A stretch of 64,000 bases of DNA from an uncultured Bacteriovoracaceae bacterium (GCA_964012805.1 CAXGUD010000006.1:1-64000), one strand, 5' to 3'. Numbered from the stretch's first letter, positions 47,123-58,297 are shown. Numbers and translations: made by a program. The notes: generated from the letters alone by a model not told the origin.

Positions 47123-50100
47123 GTTTATTACGCTTAGAAATTAAGCCTATTGAGGAAACTATCCTTGGTGAAAATGGTTTTCTGTATGAAGAAATTCCTT
47201 TCTATATTTTAGATTTACCTAGCAATGCTCTTCCTTCATTGGCTAACCTTGAAGAGGTTTTTGGAGACCCCGTTCTTAACGATGTTTATATCGATGACTA
47301 TGATCATTTTTGGGACAAGAAAAAGCCGAAATGGGTTATTGAAGTTAGTTTCAAACCTGGAGTAACTGATAACAGAGGGTTATGTGCCAAAGAAGCCTTA
47401 AACCTCTCTAGCCTATCTTGCTCTTTTGCCAAAAGTGGGACTCTTTATTTTTTCTTTGAAGACCATAAGGAATTAAAAGAATATGCAAACCCACTAATTC
47501 AAAAGGCTGAGCTTTTTTCCTATGAAGACTTTAAAAAAAGAAGCAGATTCCAACATATTGAAAAAATTGATGAAGTCAATTTTGAAGACCTAAATTCAGA
47601 AGTCGAGGTTATTTCTTTAGACAGACCCTTAGAGGAACTGGTTAAGTTAAGCGAAGAGAGGTGCTTGGCCTTAAACGTTAATGAAATGAGTTTTTTGAAA
47701 GATTATTTTAATAAAAAAGACGTTTTTGAAGAACGCAAGGCCCAGGGATTACCAAAAAACCCAACAGATGTGGAGCTAGAAATATTGGCGCAAAGTTGGA
47801 GTGAACATTGTAAGCACAAAATCTTTAAGGCCACTATAAAATATAAAGAAGATTTAAGTAGTTATGAAGATTCTAACTCTGAACACCCTTTCAAGAAGCT
47901 TGGAAACCAAAAAATTGAAGGTGTTTATCAAAGTTTTATCCAAAAGAGTACCAAAGATATCATAGAGGAAAGGGGAATTACATGGGCAAAATCGGTTTTT
48001 AAGGATAATGCTGGAATCGTAAGCTTTGAAAATAAGGTAGACCTTTGCTTTAAAGTTGAGACTCATAATTCGCCATCAGCTTTGGACCCTTATGGAGGAG
48101 CTTTAACAGGTATCCTCGGAGTCAACCGTGACATTTTAGGTGCAGGCTTAGGGTCTAGGCCCATCGGAAATACAAATGTTTTTTGTCTTGGACTTCCGCA
48201 TTCGCTAAGTTCATCTGAAAAAAAGAAGGCGCCTAAAGGTCTGCTTCATCCAAGGTCAATTCTAAAAGGTGTCCACAAAGGTGTCATGGATGGCGGTAAT
48301 AAAAGTGGAATTCCCACAGTTAACGGGGCCATACACTTTGACAGGGATTACGCTGGTAAACCCCTTGTTTTTTGTGGAACAGTTGGTGTTTTGCCAAAGG
48401 TTTTAGCTGATGGAAGGGATACTTCACTTAAAGAAACCCAAGTTGGCGATAGAATTTTTATGGTTGGAGGTGCAATTGGTAAAGATGGTCTTCATGGAGC
48501 CACTTTTAGTTCTCTTGAGTTAAACGAGAGCTCCCCAACAAGCGCTGTTCAAATTGGAGACCCTCTTACCCAAAAAAGAGTAACCGATTTTCTTTTAAAA
48601 GCTAGAGACTTAGGTCTTTACTCATCACTTACGGATAATGGAGCTGGAGGTTTGAGTTCTAGTGTTGGTGAAATGGCTGAATTCACTGGTGGGGCGACTT
48701 TGGATTTATCAAAGTGCCCTGTGAAATACGAAGGACTTAAAGCTTGGGAACTGATGATTTCCGAAAGTCAGGAAAGAATGACTTTTGCTGTACCCCCTTC
48801 TAAATCCCTTGCTTTCAAGGATTTGGGAAAAAAATATGGGGTATCCGTAACAGATATTGGTTACTTTCATGATAAAGGGGCTTTGGAAGTTTTTCATTTA
48901 AAAGAGCGTGTTGCTTTTTTAGACCTCCGACTTATACATGACTTACTACCCCCAATGAAATTAGAGGCCTTATGGAAGGGCCCAAGAAAAAGAAATGAGT
49001 GGTGGAAAGACCCTAATGAGGCTAGTCAGAAACAATTTTTTGAAGAGGAAAAAGTCGAGGATATTCTTCTTAAGCTTCTTTCTTCTCCTAATATTGTTTC
49101 GAAAGAAAAGTGGGTTAGGCAGTATGATCATGAAGTGCTTGGCGCCAGTCATATTAAACCTTTTGTTGGAAAAAAAGGAGACGGCCCTAGTGATAGTTCC
49201 TCTTTATGGCTTTACCCGCATGGCGGCGAGGAAAGCTCAGTTATTCAGATAGGTTGCGGTCTTGCACCTAAGTTAAGTCTTTGGGACCCTTATGTGATGG
49301 CCCAATATGCAGTCGATGAAGCCGTTAGAAATGTGGTGGCCCATGGTGGGAATATTGATCAATGTGCATTATTAGATAATTTTTGTTGGCCTGACCCGGT
49401 TGTATCAGAGAAAAACCAAGAAGGTCTTTTCAGGTGCGGTGACCTTGTAAGGGCTTCACATGGACTTTATGACATCACAGTTACTTATGGCACTCCATTG
49501 GTAAGCGGTAAAGACAGCATGAAAAATGATTTTAGAGGTCTTAATGCTTCAGGTGAACCTTTAAAAATTAGTGTATTACCAACACTCTTAGTAACTGCTT
49601 TTTCAAAATCAACTTTAGAGCATACAGTGACAAGTGATTTTAAAAACCAAGGTGATCTTATTTATTTGCTTGGAGATCATGGACAAGGATTGGCGGGAAG
49701 TGAAGTCTCGGACTTCTTTATCTTTGAGGATCAAGAAGCTCAGAAAAAAATGGAAAAACTGCCATCTATAAACCTTATAAAAAATAAAGTTTTATACCGT
49801 GCTATTTACAAAGCTTTAGGTAGAGGCTTAATTGAATCTTGTCATGATATTTCGGAAGGAGGGCTTGCCGTGGCCCTCGTTGAGTCTGCCATTGGTGGCC
49901 GTTTAGGTTTTACCCTGGATGAGGTGGAATGGCTTGGCCTAAGCAACTTGATTGGGAAGCTCTTTGGTGAGGGTCCTGGGCGGTTTGTGGTTAGCATTGC
50001 AAAGGAAAACGAAAAAGAGTTCTTAAGTGTATTCAAGGAATTACCTCATTCTAAACTTGGAACAGTAAGCTCCTTACCCCAGGTAATTTTCAAAAATGGA

Positions 50101-50163
50101 CATAAAGTCGTTTTAAATCAACATTTAGATAAGATGATTGAGGCCTATAAAAAGGGAGTCTAA
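47119..50163 (+). CDS. purL: FGAM synthase subunit PurL with N-terminal PurS-like region
   Basis: PGVTDN, QSWSEHCKHK, KVETHNSPS, DNGAGG, SESQERM and SGKDSMKN. Confidence 0.95.
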   Translation: MSLLRLEIKPIEETILGENGFLYEEIPFYILDLPSNALPSLANLEEVFGDPVLNDVYIDDYDHFWDKKKPKWVIEVSFKPGVTDNRGLCAKEALNLSSLSCSFAKSGTLYFFFEDHKELKEYANPLIQKAELFSYEDFKKRSRFQHIEKIDEVNFEDLNSEVEVISLDRPLEELVKLSEERCLALNVNEMSFLKDYFNKKDVFEERKAQGLPKNPTDVELEILAQSWSEHCKHKIFKATIKYKEDLSSYEDSNSEHPFKKLGNQKIEGVYQSFIQKSTKDIIEERGITWAKSVFKDNAGIVSFENKVDLCFKVETHNSPSALDPYGGALTGILGVNRDILGAGLGSRPIGNTNVFCLGLPHSLSSSEKKKAPKGLLHPRSILKGVHKGVMDGGNKSGIPTVNGAIHFDRDYAGKPLVFCGTVGVLPKVLADGRDTSLKETQVGDRIFMVGGAIGKDGLHGATFSSLELNESSPTSAVQIGDPLTQKRVTDFLLKARDLGLYSSLTDNGAGGLSSSVGEMAEFTGGATLDLSKCPVKYEGLKAWELMISESQERMTFAVPPSKSLAFKDLGKKYGVSVTDIGYFHDKGALEVFHLKERVAFLDLRLIHDLLPPMKLEALWKGPRKRNEWWKDPNEASQKQFFEEEKVEDILLKLLSSPNIVSKEKWVRQYDHEVLGASHIKPFVGKKGDGPSDSSSLWLYPHGGEESSVIQIGCGLAPKLSLWDPYVMAQYAVDEAVRNVVAHGGNIDQCALLDNFCWPDPVVSEKNQEGLFRCGDLVRASHGLYDITVTYGTPLVSGKDSMKNDFRGLNASGEPLKISVLPTLLVTAFSKSTLEHTVTSDFKNQGDLIYLLGDHGQGLAGSEVSDFFIFEDQEAQKKMEKLPSINLIKNKVLYRAIYKALGRGLIESCHDISEGGLAVALVESAIGGRLGFTLDEVEWLGLSNLIGKLFGEGPGRFVVSIAKENEKEFLSVFKELPHSKLGTVSSLPQVIFKNGHKVVLNQHLDKMIEAYKKGV

Positions 50164-50166
50164 GTC

Positions 50167-50985
50167 GTGAATCCTTTGATTAATTATAAAAAGAAACCTC
50201 ATTTTCTTGTTTTAGCAGGTGATGGTATTAACTGTGAACAAGAGACCAAACTTGGCTTTGAAAAAGCCAAGGCAAAAACAACCATTATCCATATAAACGA
50301 ACTTTTGGATAGACCGAAATTGCTTAGAGATTACCAAGGGTTGGCCTTTCCAGGAGGCTTTAGTTTTGGAGATGACTTGGGAAGCGGCCAGGTCTTGGCA
50401 CTTAAATGTAAGCGGGGTCTTAAAGACGAACTAAACCTTTTTGTTGAAAAGGAAAGCCCTATAATTGGAATTTGTAATGGCTTTCAAACGTTATTGAAAT
50501 TGGGGCTTCTTCCTTTCCCAGGAGAAAAAAGGGAAGTGGGCTTGGCCCCTAATAGAGAGGGAACCTTTCAAAATTATTGGGTTAAGCTTAAAGCACCTCC
50601 TTCTAAGAGTGTTTGTCATTGGACAGAAGGTATTTTTGAAGGAGGTGAATCTTGTGAATTTGAACTGCCCTTGCGAAATAGAGAAGGTCGGATAACGCTT
50701 AAAAAAGGTTCTGAGGATAAAATTTATAATAAACTTTTAAAAAATGGCCAAATACCTCTCCAGTATTCTGATCAATTAAGACCACTTGCCAAGTTTCAGC
50801 ATGAAAGTATAGCTGGTTTATGTGATCCGAAGGGGCTTATTTTTGGACTTATGCCTCATCCTGAAGCTTCTCTTTTTGAGGCGACACATAGAATTCATTA
50901 TAAAAACAGGTGTAAAGACCCAGACCAAAAGGCTTGGGGTCAGAAAATATTTGATAATATTGTAGGTCATCTTAAAAGGAGCTAA
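50167..50985 (+). CDS. purQ: FGAM synthase glutaminase subunit
   Basis: GINCE, PGGFSFGD, GICNGFQ and GLMPHPE. Confidence 0.93.
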   Translation: MNPLINYKKKPHFLVLAGDGINCEQETKLGFEKAKAKTTIIHINELLDRPKLLRDYQGLAFPGGFSFGDDLGSGQVLALKCKRGLKDELNLFVEKESPIIGICNGFQTLLKLGLLPFPGEKREVGLAPNREGTFQNYWVKLKAPPSKSVCHWTEGIFEGGESCEFELPLRNREGRITLKKGSEDKIYNKLLKNGQIPLQYSDQLRPLAKFQHESIAGLCDPKGLIFGLMPHPEASLFEATHRIHYKNRCKDPDQKAWGQKIFDNIVGHLKRS

Positions 50986-50988
50986 TTT

Positions 50989-52605
50989 ATGAATCGTGAA
51001 GTAAATGAAATCGATCGAAAAAATCTTTTTTTAAAAAGATCACTCATCTCAGTTTCCGATAAAAGCGAATTAGGGCCTTTGGTAAAAAAGTTAGCAGAAA
51101 AAGGTGTCGAGTTGATAGCTTCTGGAGGAACCGCTAGATATATTAAATCTTTAGGCTTAAAGGTCACCCCTCTTCAGGAAATAACTGGGAACCCTGAGGC
51201 TTTTGATGGAAGGATGAAAAGTTTGAGCTTTCAGGTCTCAAGCTCACTCCTTTATAGAAGGGATAATCCCAAAGATGTTGCCAAGGCTTTGGAGTTGGGA
51301 ATCAAGCCAATCGACTGTGTTATTTGTAATTTGTATCCCTTCGAAGAAGCTTCAAAAGGAAGTAATTTATCAAGCCTTATAGAGAATATTGATATTGGTG
51401 GTCCAACAATGATTAGGGCGGCTGCAAAGAATTACGAGCATGTTCTTGTGTGCAGTTCTCCGTCTCAATATGCTGAATTTACAGAAGTTCTTTCTTCGGA
51501 AAAACCGCAAGTTTCATTAACTCTTAGAAAGAAGTGGGCGTTGGATGCTTTTAGGTTGAGTGCTTCTTATGAAGGGTTGATTGCAAATGAGTTAGAAAAT
51601 AGATGGGGAGAGGAAACGAAAACAATGTGCTTATCTCCTAAGCATGCGAAAGTGTTACGTTATGGTGAAAACCCACACCAAAAAGCATGGCTTTATCCTG
51701 CTAGAAATAACGGCCTTTCTGAGGCGAAGCTTTTGCAAGGAAAAGAACTATCCTATAACAATATCCTCGATACAGATGCCGCTTGGTCAGTTGTAAAGGA
51801 CCTAAATAAACTCTCATTGGATTCTAAATTTGAAAGACGGTTTTCTTACTCCAGTGTGGTAGTGAAGCACTCCAACCCTTGCGGTCTTGCAACCGCTTCC
51901 TCCAAAATAGAAAGCATAAAAATGTCATTTAAATCGGACCCTATTTCAGCTTTTGGTTCTGTTATAGGTGTTGATTATGAAGTTGATGAAGATGTGGCAA
52001 TTTTTTTGTCTAAAAAGTTTGTTGAGTTAATTGTTGCTCCAAGCTTTTCAGAAAAGGCTTTGGAAGTTTTAAGAAATAAGAAAAACATGAGGCTTCTCAT
52101 TCAAGACCTCGAATACACGGATCCTATGCCCAGTGTCCGTTCGGTTTTTGGTGGATGGCTAGTTCAGGATCATGATCAAGTCTTTGAAACAAAGGGTGAT
52201 TTTAAAACGGTGACCGAAAAGAGGATGAAAGAAGAGCAAAATAACCTCATCTCCTTTGGGATAGTCGCCACAAAGCATTTGAAATCAAATGCAATAAGCT
52301 TTGTCCTTCAAAAAAAAGAAGGTCTAGCAACTATCGGCGCTGGTATGGGGAATCCCAACCGTTTTCTTTCTTTAAAGGAGACATTTCAAAAAATTAAGGA
52401 GAATGGGCTTCAAGACTTAAGTGAAGGAATTTTGATTTCCGATGCCTTTTTCCCTTTTAGAGACAGCATTGATGAAGCTTTTCGGCAGGGAGTAAAGTTC
52501 ATCGTTCAACCAGGTGGAAGCATAAAAGATAATGAGGTTATTGAGGCGGCCAATGAACATGGAATAGCGATGGTCATGACAGGCAAGAGGCATTTCCGTC
52601 ATTAA
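50989..52605 (+). CDS. purH: Bifunctional AICAR transformylase/IMP cyclohydrolase
   Basis: SVSDK, IDIGGPTMIRAAAKN, RYGENPHQ, KHSNPCG, SDAFFPF and RHFRH. Confidence 0.95.
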   Translation: MNREVNEIDRKNLFLKRSLISVSDKSELGPLVKKLAEKGVELIASGGTARYIKSLGLKVTPLQEITGNPEAFDGRMKSLSFQVSSSLLYRRDNPKDVAKALELGIKPIDCVICNLYPFEEASKGSNLSSLIENIDIGGPTMIRAAAKNYEHVLVCSSPSQYAEFTEVLSSEKPQVSLTLRKKWALDAFRLSASYEGLIANELENRWGEETKTMCLSPKHAKVLRYGENPHQKAWLYPARNNGLSEAKLLQGKELSYNNILDTDAAWSVVKDLNKLSLDSKFERRFSYSSVVVKHSNPCGLATASSKIESIKMSFKSDPISAFGSVIGVDYEVDEDVAIFLSKKFVELIVAPSFSEKALEVLRNKKNMRLLIQDLEYTDPMPSVRSVFGGWLVQDHDQVFETKGDFKTVTEKRMKEEQNNLISFGIVATKHLKSNAISFVLQKKEGLATIGAGMGNPNRFLSLKETFQKIKENGLQDLSEGILISDAFFPFRDSIDEAFRQGVKFIVQPGGSIKDNEVIEAANEHGIAMVMTGKRHFRH

Positions 52606-52651
52606 TATGATGCAATTTGATTGTGTAATCTGATAAGGAAGGGAGTCAAAA

Positions 52652-53653
52652 TTGGAAAGTTTTTACCCAAAAACCTATAAAGAAGCTGGTGTCGATAACC
52701 AAAAAGCTGAACGATTTATTTCACGAATTAAGAAGAAAGTGGCAAGAACATATGGCCCTAGAGTTGTGGAAGGTGTTGGAGGTTTTTGCAGTTTATATGA
52801 AATGGGCAAAGACAAATACCTTTCTGCTGGTACTGACGGTGTGGGCACGAAGTTGGAGTTGGCGAAGCTCCTAAATAATCACTCTACGATAGGAATTGAC
52901 CTTGTAGCAATGTGTGCAAATGATATTATTTGTTCAGGATCCAGGCCTCTTTTTTTCATGGACTATTTAGCGACCGGTAGCCTTGATGTGGATGTAAGTG
53001 AAGAAGTTGTTTCAGGTATTATCGAGGGTTGTCAGGCATCTGAGATGGCCCTTATTGGTGGCGAAACTGCTGAAATGCCCGGTTTATATAGAGATGGTGA
53101 CTACGATTTAGCAGGTTTTGCGGTCGGAGAGGTCCATAAAGATGATGTATTAGATGGGAAAAACATAGAGGAGGGAGATGAAATTATTGGGATTTCATCT
53201 AGCGGTTTTCACTCAAACGGGTACTCTCTCTTAAGAAAAGTAGTAAGACCGGATGAAAAAGAGCTCTGTCAAATGCTTCTAAACCCAACCCGCCTTTATT
53301 GGCCATTTATTAAAGATTGCCTTAATCTACCAGGCCGACCAGTTAAAGGTTTGGCCCATATAACTGGTGGAGGTTGGACTAACCTCCTAAGGATTAACGG
53401 AAATTTTGATTATCATATAACCGACATGCCTTCTCTAAGTGATCTTCCCTCAATTTTTTCTGTTGTTGATCAGAGGCTTAAGATACCTCTAGTTAATTTT
53501 TTAGAGGTCTTTAATAGAGGAATTGGAATGATGATGGTCGTAAAACCTGGTCATAACCTTAAAGAAATTTTTTCTTCATGGAATGAAACATTTTGGTTTC
53601 TAGGTCATGTTGAGAAAAATAAAACTGGTAAAGGCAAATTAATTTATCACTAA
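52652..53653 (+). CDS. purM: AIR synthase
   Basis: YKEAGVD, TDGVGTK, GGETAEMPG, SSGFHSNG and HITGGG; TTG start after AAGGGAG. Confidence 0.95.
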   Translation: MESFYPKTYKEAGVDNQKAERFISRIKKKVARTYGPRVVEGVGGFCSLYEMGKDKYLSAGTDGVGTKLELAKLLNNHSTIGIDLVAMCANDIICSGSRPLFFMDYLATGSLDVDVSEEVVSGIIEGCQASEMALIGGETAEMPGLYRDGDYDLAGFAVGEVHKDDVLDGKNIEEGDEIIGISSSGFHSNGYSLLRKVVRPDEKELCQMLLNPTRLYWPFIKDCLNLPGRPVKGLAHITGGGWTNLLRINGNFDYHITDMPSLSDLPSIFSVVDQRLKIPLVNFLEVFNRGIGMMMVVKPGHNLKEIFSSWNETFWFLGHVEKNKTGKGKLIYH

Positions 53654-53662
53654 ATTGCCTTT

Positions 53663-56008
53663 TTAACTATTTTGATTATCGTCCACTTTTTTCAGCAGTT
53701 CAGGGAAGGTTTTTAAGTCTTTTTCGATGTCTTGCATTTTGAAAAGAGAAGCTTCTTTTTTTAAATTAATAGACCAGGTTAAAAGGTCGTGAAAATGATG
53801 TCTTTCCGCAACTTTTTTTGCAGCTTGAGAAAATTCAATAACTTGATTAATTATGAAAGGACGTTTTAACTTTTTCCAATCAGAAAGAAGTACTTCTTTA
53901 AAAATTTGGATAAGGATATCTTTGTCAACAATGCTTTTGCCTTTAAAGTCTTCTTTGTCACTCCAATTTTTGGTAACCTCTGACAATTCATCAGTTTGTT
54001 CATCAAGGTTAATAATTTTATAAGGGAGGTACTTTGAAATTTCTTGAATAACCTCATTTTCCTGAACAGGCTTTTTGAGATAACTATCACAGATATTGAT
54101 AATGCGATCGAAGTCTTCTTTCATTGCAGATGCAGTAATTGCGACAATTGGAATGTTTTGAAACTCTTCTTCTTTTTTCCAAAACTTTGTTGCAGTTAAT
54201 CCATCCATAATAGGCATAATAATATCAAGTAATATGATATCAACTTTATATTTTTTTGTGATTTTTATCGCCTCATCTCCATTTTCGGCCATGATAAGGT
54301 CAAAATTATGTGACTCTAAAAATGTATGGAGGAGGTCTCGGTCTGTTTTTACATCATCGACGATTAAGATAGTCGCCTTTTCAAAATGATATACAGGCTT
54401 TCTGAGCGGGTCGCTTCTATCATCATAATTTGCGCTGGAACCAACTTCAACTTCTTTTAATGTCAAGTGAAAGGTGCTTCCTTTATCTAAAACACTTTCC
54501 GCTCGAAGCTCACCTCCCATAAGTGAAGATAGCTGTTGACTGATGGTAAGACCAAGCCCAGTACCACCAAACTTAGAGTATTTTTGGCGAGACCTTTGAT
54601 TAAAAGCTTCAAAAATTTTAGGAATTTGATCCCTTGGAATTCCTATACCGCTATCTTCAACTGAAAAATCAAGTGATACTTTATTTGCCTTTTTATTTGG
54701 CCATTTAAATGAAGCAATTAACTTTATTCCACCTTTGAAAGTAAATTTTAGAGCATTTGAGAGAAGGTTGAAAAGAATTTGTCTGACCCTCATTTCGTCA
54801 ATAATAATAACAGGGGGAAAATCCTTTTCTATTTCTATTTCAAAATCTAGACCTTTATTTTCAATCTGGTTTTTAAAAATAGAATTGATGTCTCTCAAGA
54901 GGTTGTTTGTATTACAAGCTGAATATTCGAGATGGAATTTACCGGCCTCAACTTTTGAAAGGTCTAAAATATCATTTATAATATTTAGCAATGCCTTACC
55001 ACTTGTATTGATAGAGTCCATATGTTCTTTAAGAGTTTTGTCTTTTAGATGTTTATGAACGATTTCAGAAAAACCTAAAATTGCATTCATAGGGGTTCTT
55101 ATTTCATGGCTCATGTTTGCTAAAAATTCACTCTTGTGTTGATTTGCAAGAATTAATTTTTCTTCAGTTTTCTTATGAGACCTGACTTCCTCTTTCAAGA
55201 GGTTTATATTTTGTTTAATTCTTTCTTCTTTTGCCTCAATCCTTTTCTCTAACTCATGCTTTGAGTTAATTAATTCGTTATTTCTTGTTCTTATTTCTTT
55301 AGATTGACTGACAAGTGTAGATTTATTTTCATGTAATTTTAAAAGAAGAGAATTAAATTGAACCTTTAAAAGTTGTAGCTCGTTTTTTCTCGGAATTTCC
55401 GCTTGAAGAGGCGTAAGATTTTCATAATTAATATTTTTTATTTCATAAATCAGTCCATCAATTGGTTTTTCCAATTCTCTTTTAAGAAAAAAGCGCATGA
55501 TGATGTAAAGAAGAATTGTCTTTATGAGTGCATTTAGAATTAAAATGAATAAACTCCCTTCAATTCTATTATAAATTTTACCCCAATGAGAACCCAAAGT
55601 TATGGTGCCCATTGAAAAAAACTTTTCACCTTTTTTGTAAATTAAAGCAGATTTGTACGAAAATTCAATTTTGTTCAAGAAAAGTATATTTCGAGTTTCT
55701 TTTTTCTTAAGAACGATAACAGGTTTATCCTCTAAATCATCTAATGTGATCTTTCTAAAACTGGAAAAGGATGAGAAATTTTCGAGGATGTATTTATAGC
55801 CTTTATGTTTGTTTATGTGTAACTTTTCAGATATATCCGGCCCTAAAAAATTAACGATTTCTTTCATTTCTTTAACGATAACTTTTTTTTCATGTTGAAA
55901 TTCAAAAAAAATTTGGATTAAGGTAATGAGAAAGGCAAAAAGCCAGTATAGAAGAAAGATATTCTTCAAAAGATGAGAGCTGAGATTTTTATTTTTAAAA
56001 CATACCAT
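53663..56008 (-). CDS. Membrane hybrid sensor histidine kinase (HisKA-HATPase-REC)
   Basis: Two TMs, SHEIRTPMN, NLLSNALKFT, DSGIG, GGTGLGL and REC LLDIIMP. Confidence 0.92.
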   Translation of the reverse strand: MVCFKNKNLSSHLLKNIFLLYWLFAFLITLIQIFFEFQHEKKVIVKEMKEIVNFLGPDISEKLHINKHKGYKYILENFSSFSSFRKITLDDLEDKPVIVLKKKETRNILFLNKIEFSYKSALIYKKGEKFFSMGTITLGSHWGKIYNRIEGSLFILILNALIKTILLYIIMRFFLKRELEKPIDGLIYEIKNINYENLTPLQAEIPRKNELQLLKVQFNSLLLKLHENKSTLVSQSKEIRTRNNELINSKHELEKRIEAKEERIKQNINLLKEEVRSHKKTEEKLILANQHKSEFLANMSHEIRTPMNAILGFSEIVHKHLKDKTLKEHMDSINTSGKALLNIINDILDLSKVEAGKFHLEYSACNTNNLLRDINSIFKNQIENKGLDFEIEIEKDFPPVIIIDEMRVRQILFNLLSNALKFTFKGGIKLIASFKWPNKKANKVSLDFSVEDSGIGIPRDQIPKIFEAFNQRSRQKYSKFGGTGLGLTISQQLSSLMGGELRAESVLDKGSTFHLTLKEVEVGSSANYDDRSDPLRKPVYHFEKATILIVDDVKTDRDLLHTFLESHNFDLIMAENGDEAIKITKKYKVDIILLDIIMPIMDGLTATKFWKKEEEFQNIPIVAITASAMKEDFDRIINICDSYLKKPVQENEVIQEISKYLPYKIINLDEQTDELSEVTKNWSDKEDFKGKSIVDKDILIQIFKEVLLSDWKKLKRPFIINQVIEFSQAAKKVAERHHFHDLLTWSINLKKEASLFKMQDIEKDLKTFPELLKKVDDNQNS

Positions 56009-56107
56009 AAAATATTATCGGTTTTAAAATTAATTTGAAAATGAAACGGTATCGTTCTTACAAAAGGGAAAAAAAATCCATTTAATTACAAATACATTGA
56101 GTTAAAA

Positions 56108-58039
56108 ATGAATTTGTCGAAAAATTTGGCCATGGATAAAAAAGAAGATATACCCCTAATTCTAATTTGTGATGATACACCTAAGAATATTCAGGTTTTA
56201 GGAACTATCCTTATGGAAAAAGGGTATCATGTAACTGTGGCTGAGGATGGCACAGATTGTTTGAAAATGCTGGAAACGGTTAAACCTGACTTAATTCTTC
56301 TTGATATTATGATGCCAACTATGAATGGTTATGAAGCATGCGAAAAAATAAAAGAGGATCCTGACAAAAAAGATATACCTATTATTTTTCTAAGTGCCAA
56401 AAATGAAATTGATGATATTGTAAAAGGTTTAAGTCTTGGAGCCGTTGATTTTGTATCCAAACCATTTAACTCTATAGAATTACTTCAAAGAGTGAGGACT
56501 CAATTAGAGATTAAAAGAAGTAAGGATGTTATTTTAAAACAAAAAGCTATTTTGTCTACTTTGATAGATAACCTTGAGGAAGGTTTTTTTATTTTTGATA
56601 AAAATGGAAAAATTCAGGAAGGCTATTCGAAATCCGTAGAATCTTTTATAGGAAAAAATCCAAATGGAGAAAAAGTCGAGGATTTTATCCCTTTGAGTAC
56701 AAGTGACAGGGATTTATTTAAAAAATGGTATAAAAAAGTTTGGAATTCAAAACTTCTTATCAAAGATCTTATGCCTTTAGCACCAAAAGGTTTTAGCAAG
56801 GGAAAAAACTTTTATGGCCTTAATTTCACGCCAATATTTCAGGAAATTAAGGAAACCAGAAAGAAAAAGTTAATTCAAATGATTTGTACGATAAAAGATA
56901 AAACCGAGCAAAAAAAACTTGAAGAGATTGCTGAAAACGAAAAAAGCTATGTTAGTATGATGCTTTCTGTTCTTCAAGACCCCTTTAGCTTTTTGGACTT
57001 TATTGAAGATCAATCAGAGTTGATTCAAAATTGTTTGGAAGAATTGAAAGAAAATAATAAAGAATGGAAAGTCAAAAAACCAGATGAAAAGAAATTACTA
57101 GAATATTTTAACCATCTTTTCAGGCAAATACATACTTTAAAAGCTGAGGCACTTCGTTACTCATTAAGCGAAATAAAGAAACTTTGTATAGAAGTTGAAA
57201 ACATAATTTTTAAAATTCGAGAAGAAACCCAAAATTTTAAAGAAGAAGAGGTTTTAAAAATTATTGAATTCCTCCAAAAAATAAGTGGATCATTTTCAAA
57301 ATCATTTTTTTCGATTCAAACTTTCTTAGATTTGATAAATAACTCAGATGATAAAAAGTCTTCCAAGAGAATAGAAATTCAAGAAGTATATCAATATTTT
57401 AAAAGTAAAATAAGGGAAGAGAAAAGTGTTATAAGTGACTTTGAAAGAGATTATTTTCATCGTGATATTCATTATTTTTTTGAAGGTCACGATCAAATGT
57501 TAAAAAATATGGCCTTTGATTTAAATAAAGAAATTGAAATAAAAGTTTATCCTACAGATAGAACTTTTAATATGAAAACATACTCTCATTTCTTTTCAAC
57601 ATTAATTCATATTTTGAGAAATGCTCTCGATCATGGAATAGAAGAAAAAGTCTATCGTAAGGAAGTGGGCAAAAAAGAAGCAGGTTTAATAGAGATTCGG
57701 TGTAAAGATGGAGATGAGAAAAAAGAAGGAGAAAAAGGTCTTGTTCTTTTAATTTCTGATGATGGGGCAGGAATAGATATAGAGGCCCTTAAATCAAAAA
57801 TAATGGATAGCGAAGTTGCCAAAGATATAGATTTGGAAAAATGTACAAATGATGAAATCTTACAGAAAATTTTTATGCCAGGGTTTTCAACTAAAAAAGA
57901 AATTAGCCATATTTCAGGGATGGGAGTTGGATTGGATTCTGTTATGCATGAAGTTGAAAACTTAGGCGGTACAATTAGGGTTGACTCAACTTTTCAAAAG
58001 GGAACAACCTTTAGAATTGAAATTCCTTTTTTAAAATGA
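56108..58039 (+). CDS. REC-PAS-like-Hpt-HATPase (CheA-like) kinase without CheW domain
   Basis: REC LLDIMMP, Hpt FRQIHTLKA, HILRNALDHG, DDGAG, PGFST and SGMGVGL. Confidence 0.85.
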   Translation: MNLSKNLAMDKKEDIPLILICDDTPKNIQVLGTILMEKGYHVTVAEDGTDCLKMLETVKPDLILLDIMMPTMNGYEACEKIKEDPDKKDIPIIFLSAKNEIDDIVKGLSLGAVDFVSKPFNSIELLQRVRTQLEIKRSKDVILKQKAILSTLIDNLEEGFFIFDKNGKIQEGYSKSVESFIGKNPNGEKVEDFIPLSTSDRDLFKKWYKKVWNSKLLIKDLMPLAPKGFSKGKNFYGLNFTPIFQEIKETRKKKLIQMICTIKDKTEQKKLEEIAENEKSYVSMMLSVLQDPFSFLDFIEDQSELIQNCLEELKENNKEWKVKKPDEKKLLEYFNHLFRQIHTLKAEALRYSLSEIKKLCIEVENIIFKIREETQNFKEEEVLKIIEFLQKISGSFSKSFFSIQTFLDLINNSDDKKSSKRIEIQEVYQYFKSKIREEKSVISDFERDYFHRDIHYFFEGHDQMLKNMAFDLNKEIEIKVYPTDRTFNMKTYSHFFSTLIHILRNALDHGIEEKVYRKEVGKKEAGLIEIRCKDGDEKKEGEKGLVLLISDDGAGIDIEALKSKIMDSEVAKDIDLEKCTNDEILQKIFMPGFSTKKEISHISGMGVGLDSVMHEVENLGGTIRVDSTFQKGTTFRIEIPFLK

Positions 58040-58084
58040 ACAAGTAAAAATTAAAATCCCTTTAATATAAGGAAGGAGTTGATA

Positions 58085-58291
58085 ATGTCTGATAGTATTT
58101 ATAAAGTTATTGAAGTTGTTGGATCCAGTCCTGTATCTTGGGAGGATGCTGCTAAAAAGGCCATAGAAAGGGCAAGCGAATCTTTAAGAAATTTAAGAAT
58201 TGCCGAGGTTATGGATCAGGATATAAAGATAGAAGATGGAAAACTCTCAGCTTATAGAACAAAATTAAAGCTTTCTTTTAAGTTTGATTAA
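58085..58291 (+). CDS. Dodecin family protein
   Basis: YKVIEVVGSSPVSWEDAAKKAI...YRTKLKLSF; AAGGAG RBS. Confidence 0.9.
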   Translation: MSDSIYKVIEVVGSSPVSWEDAAKKAIERASESLRNLRIAEVMDQDIKIEDGKLSAYRTKLKLSFKFD

Positions 58292-58297
58292 AAAAAA

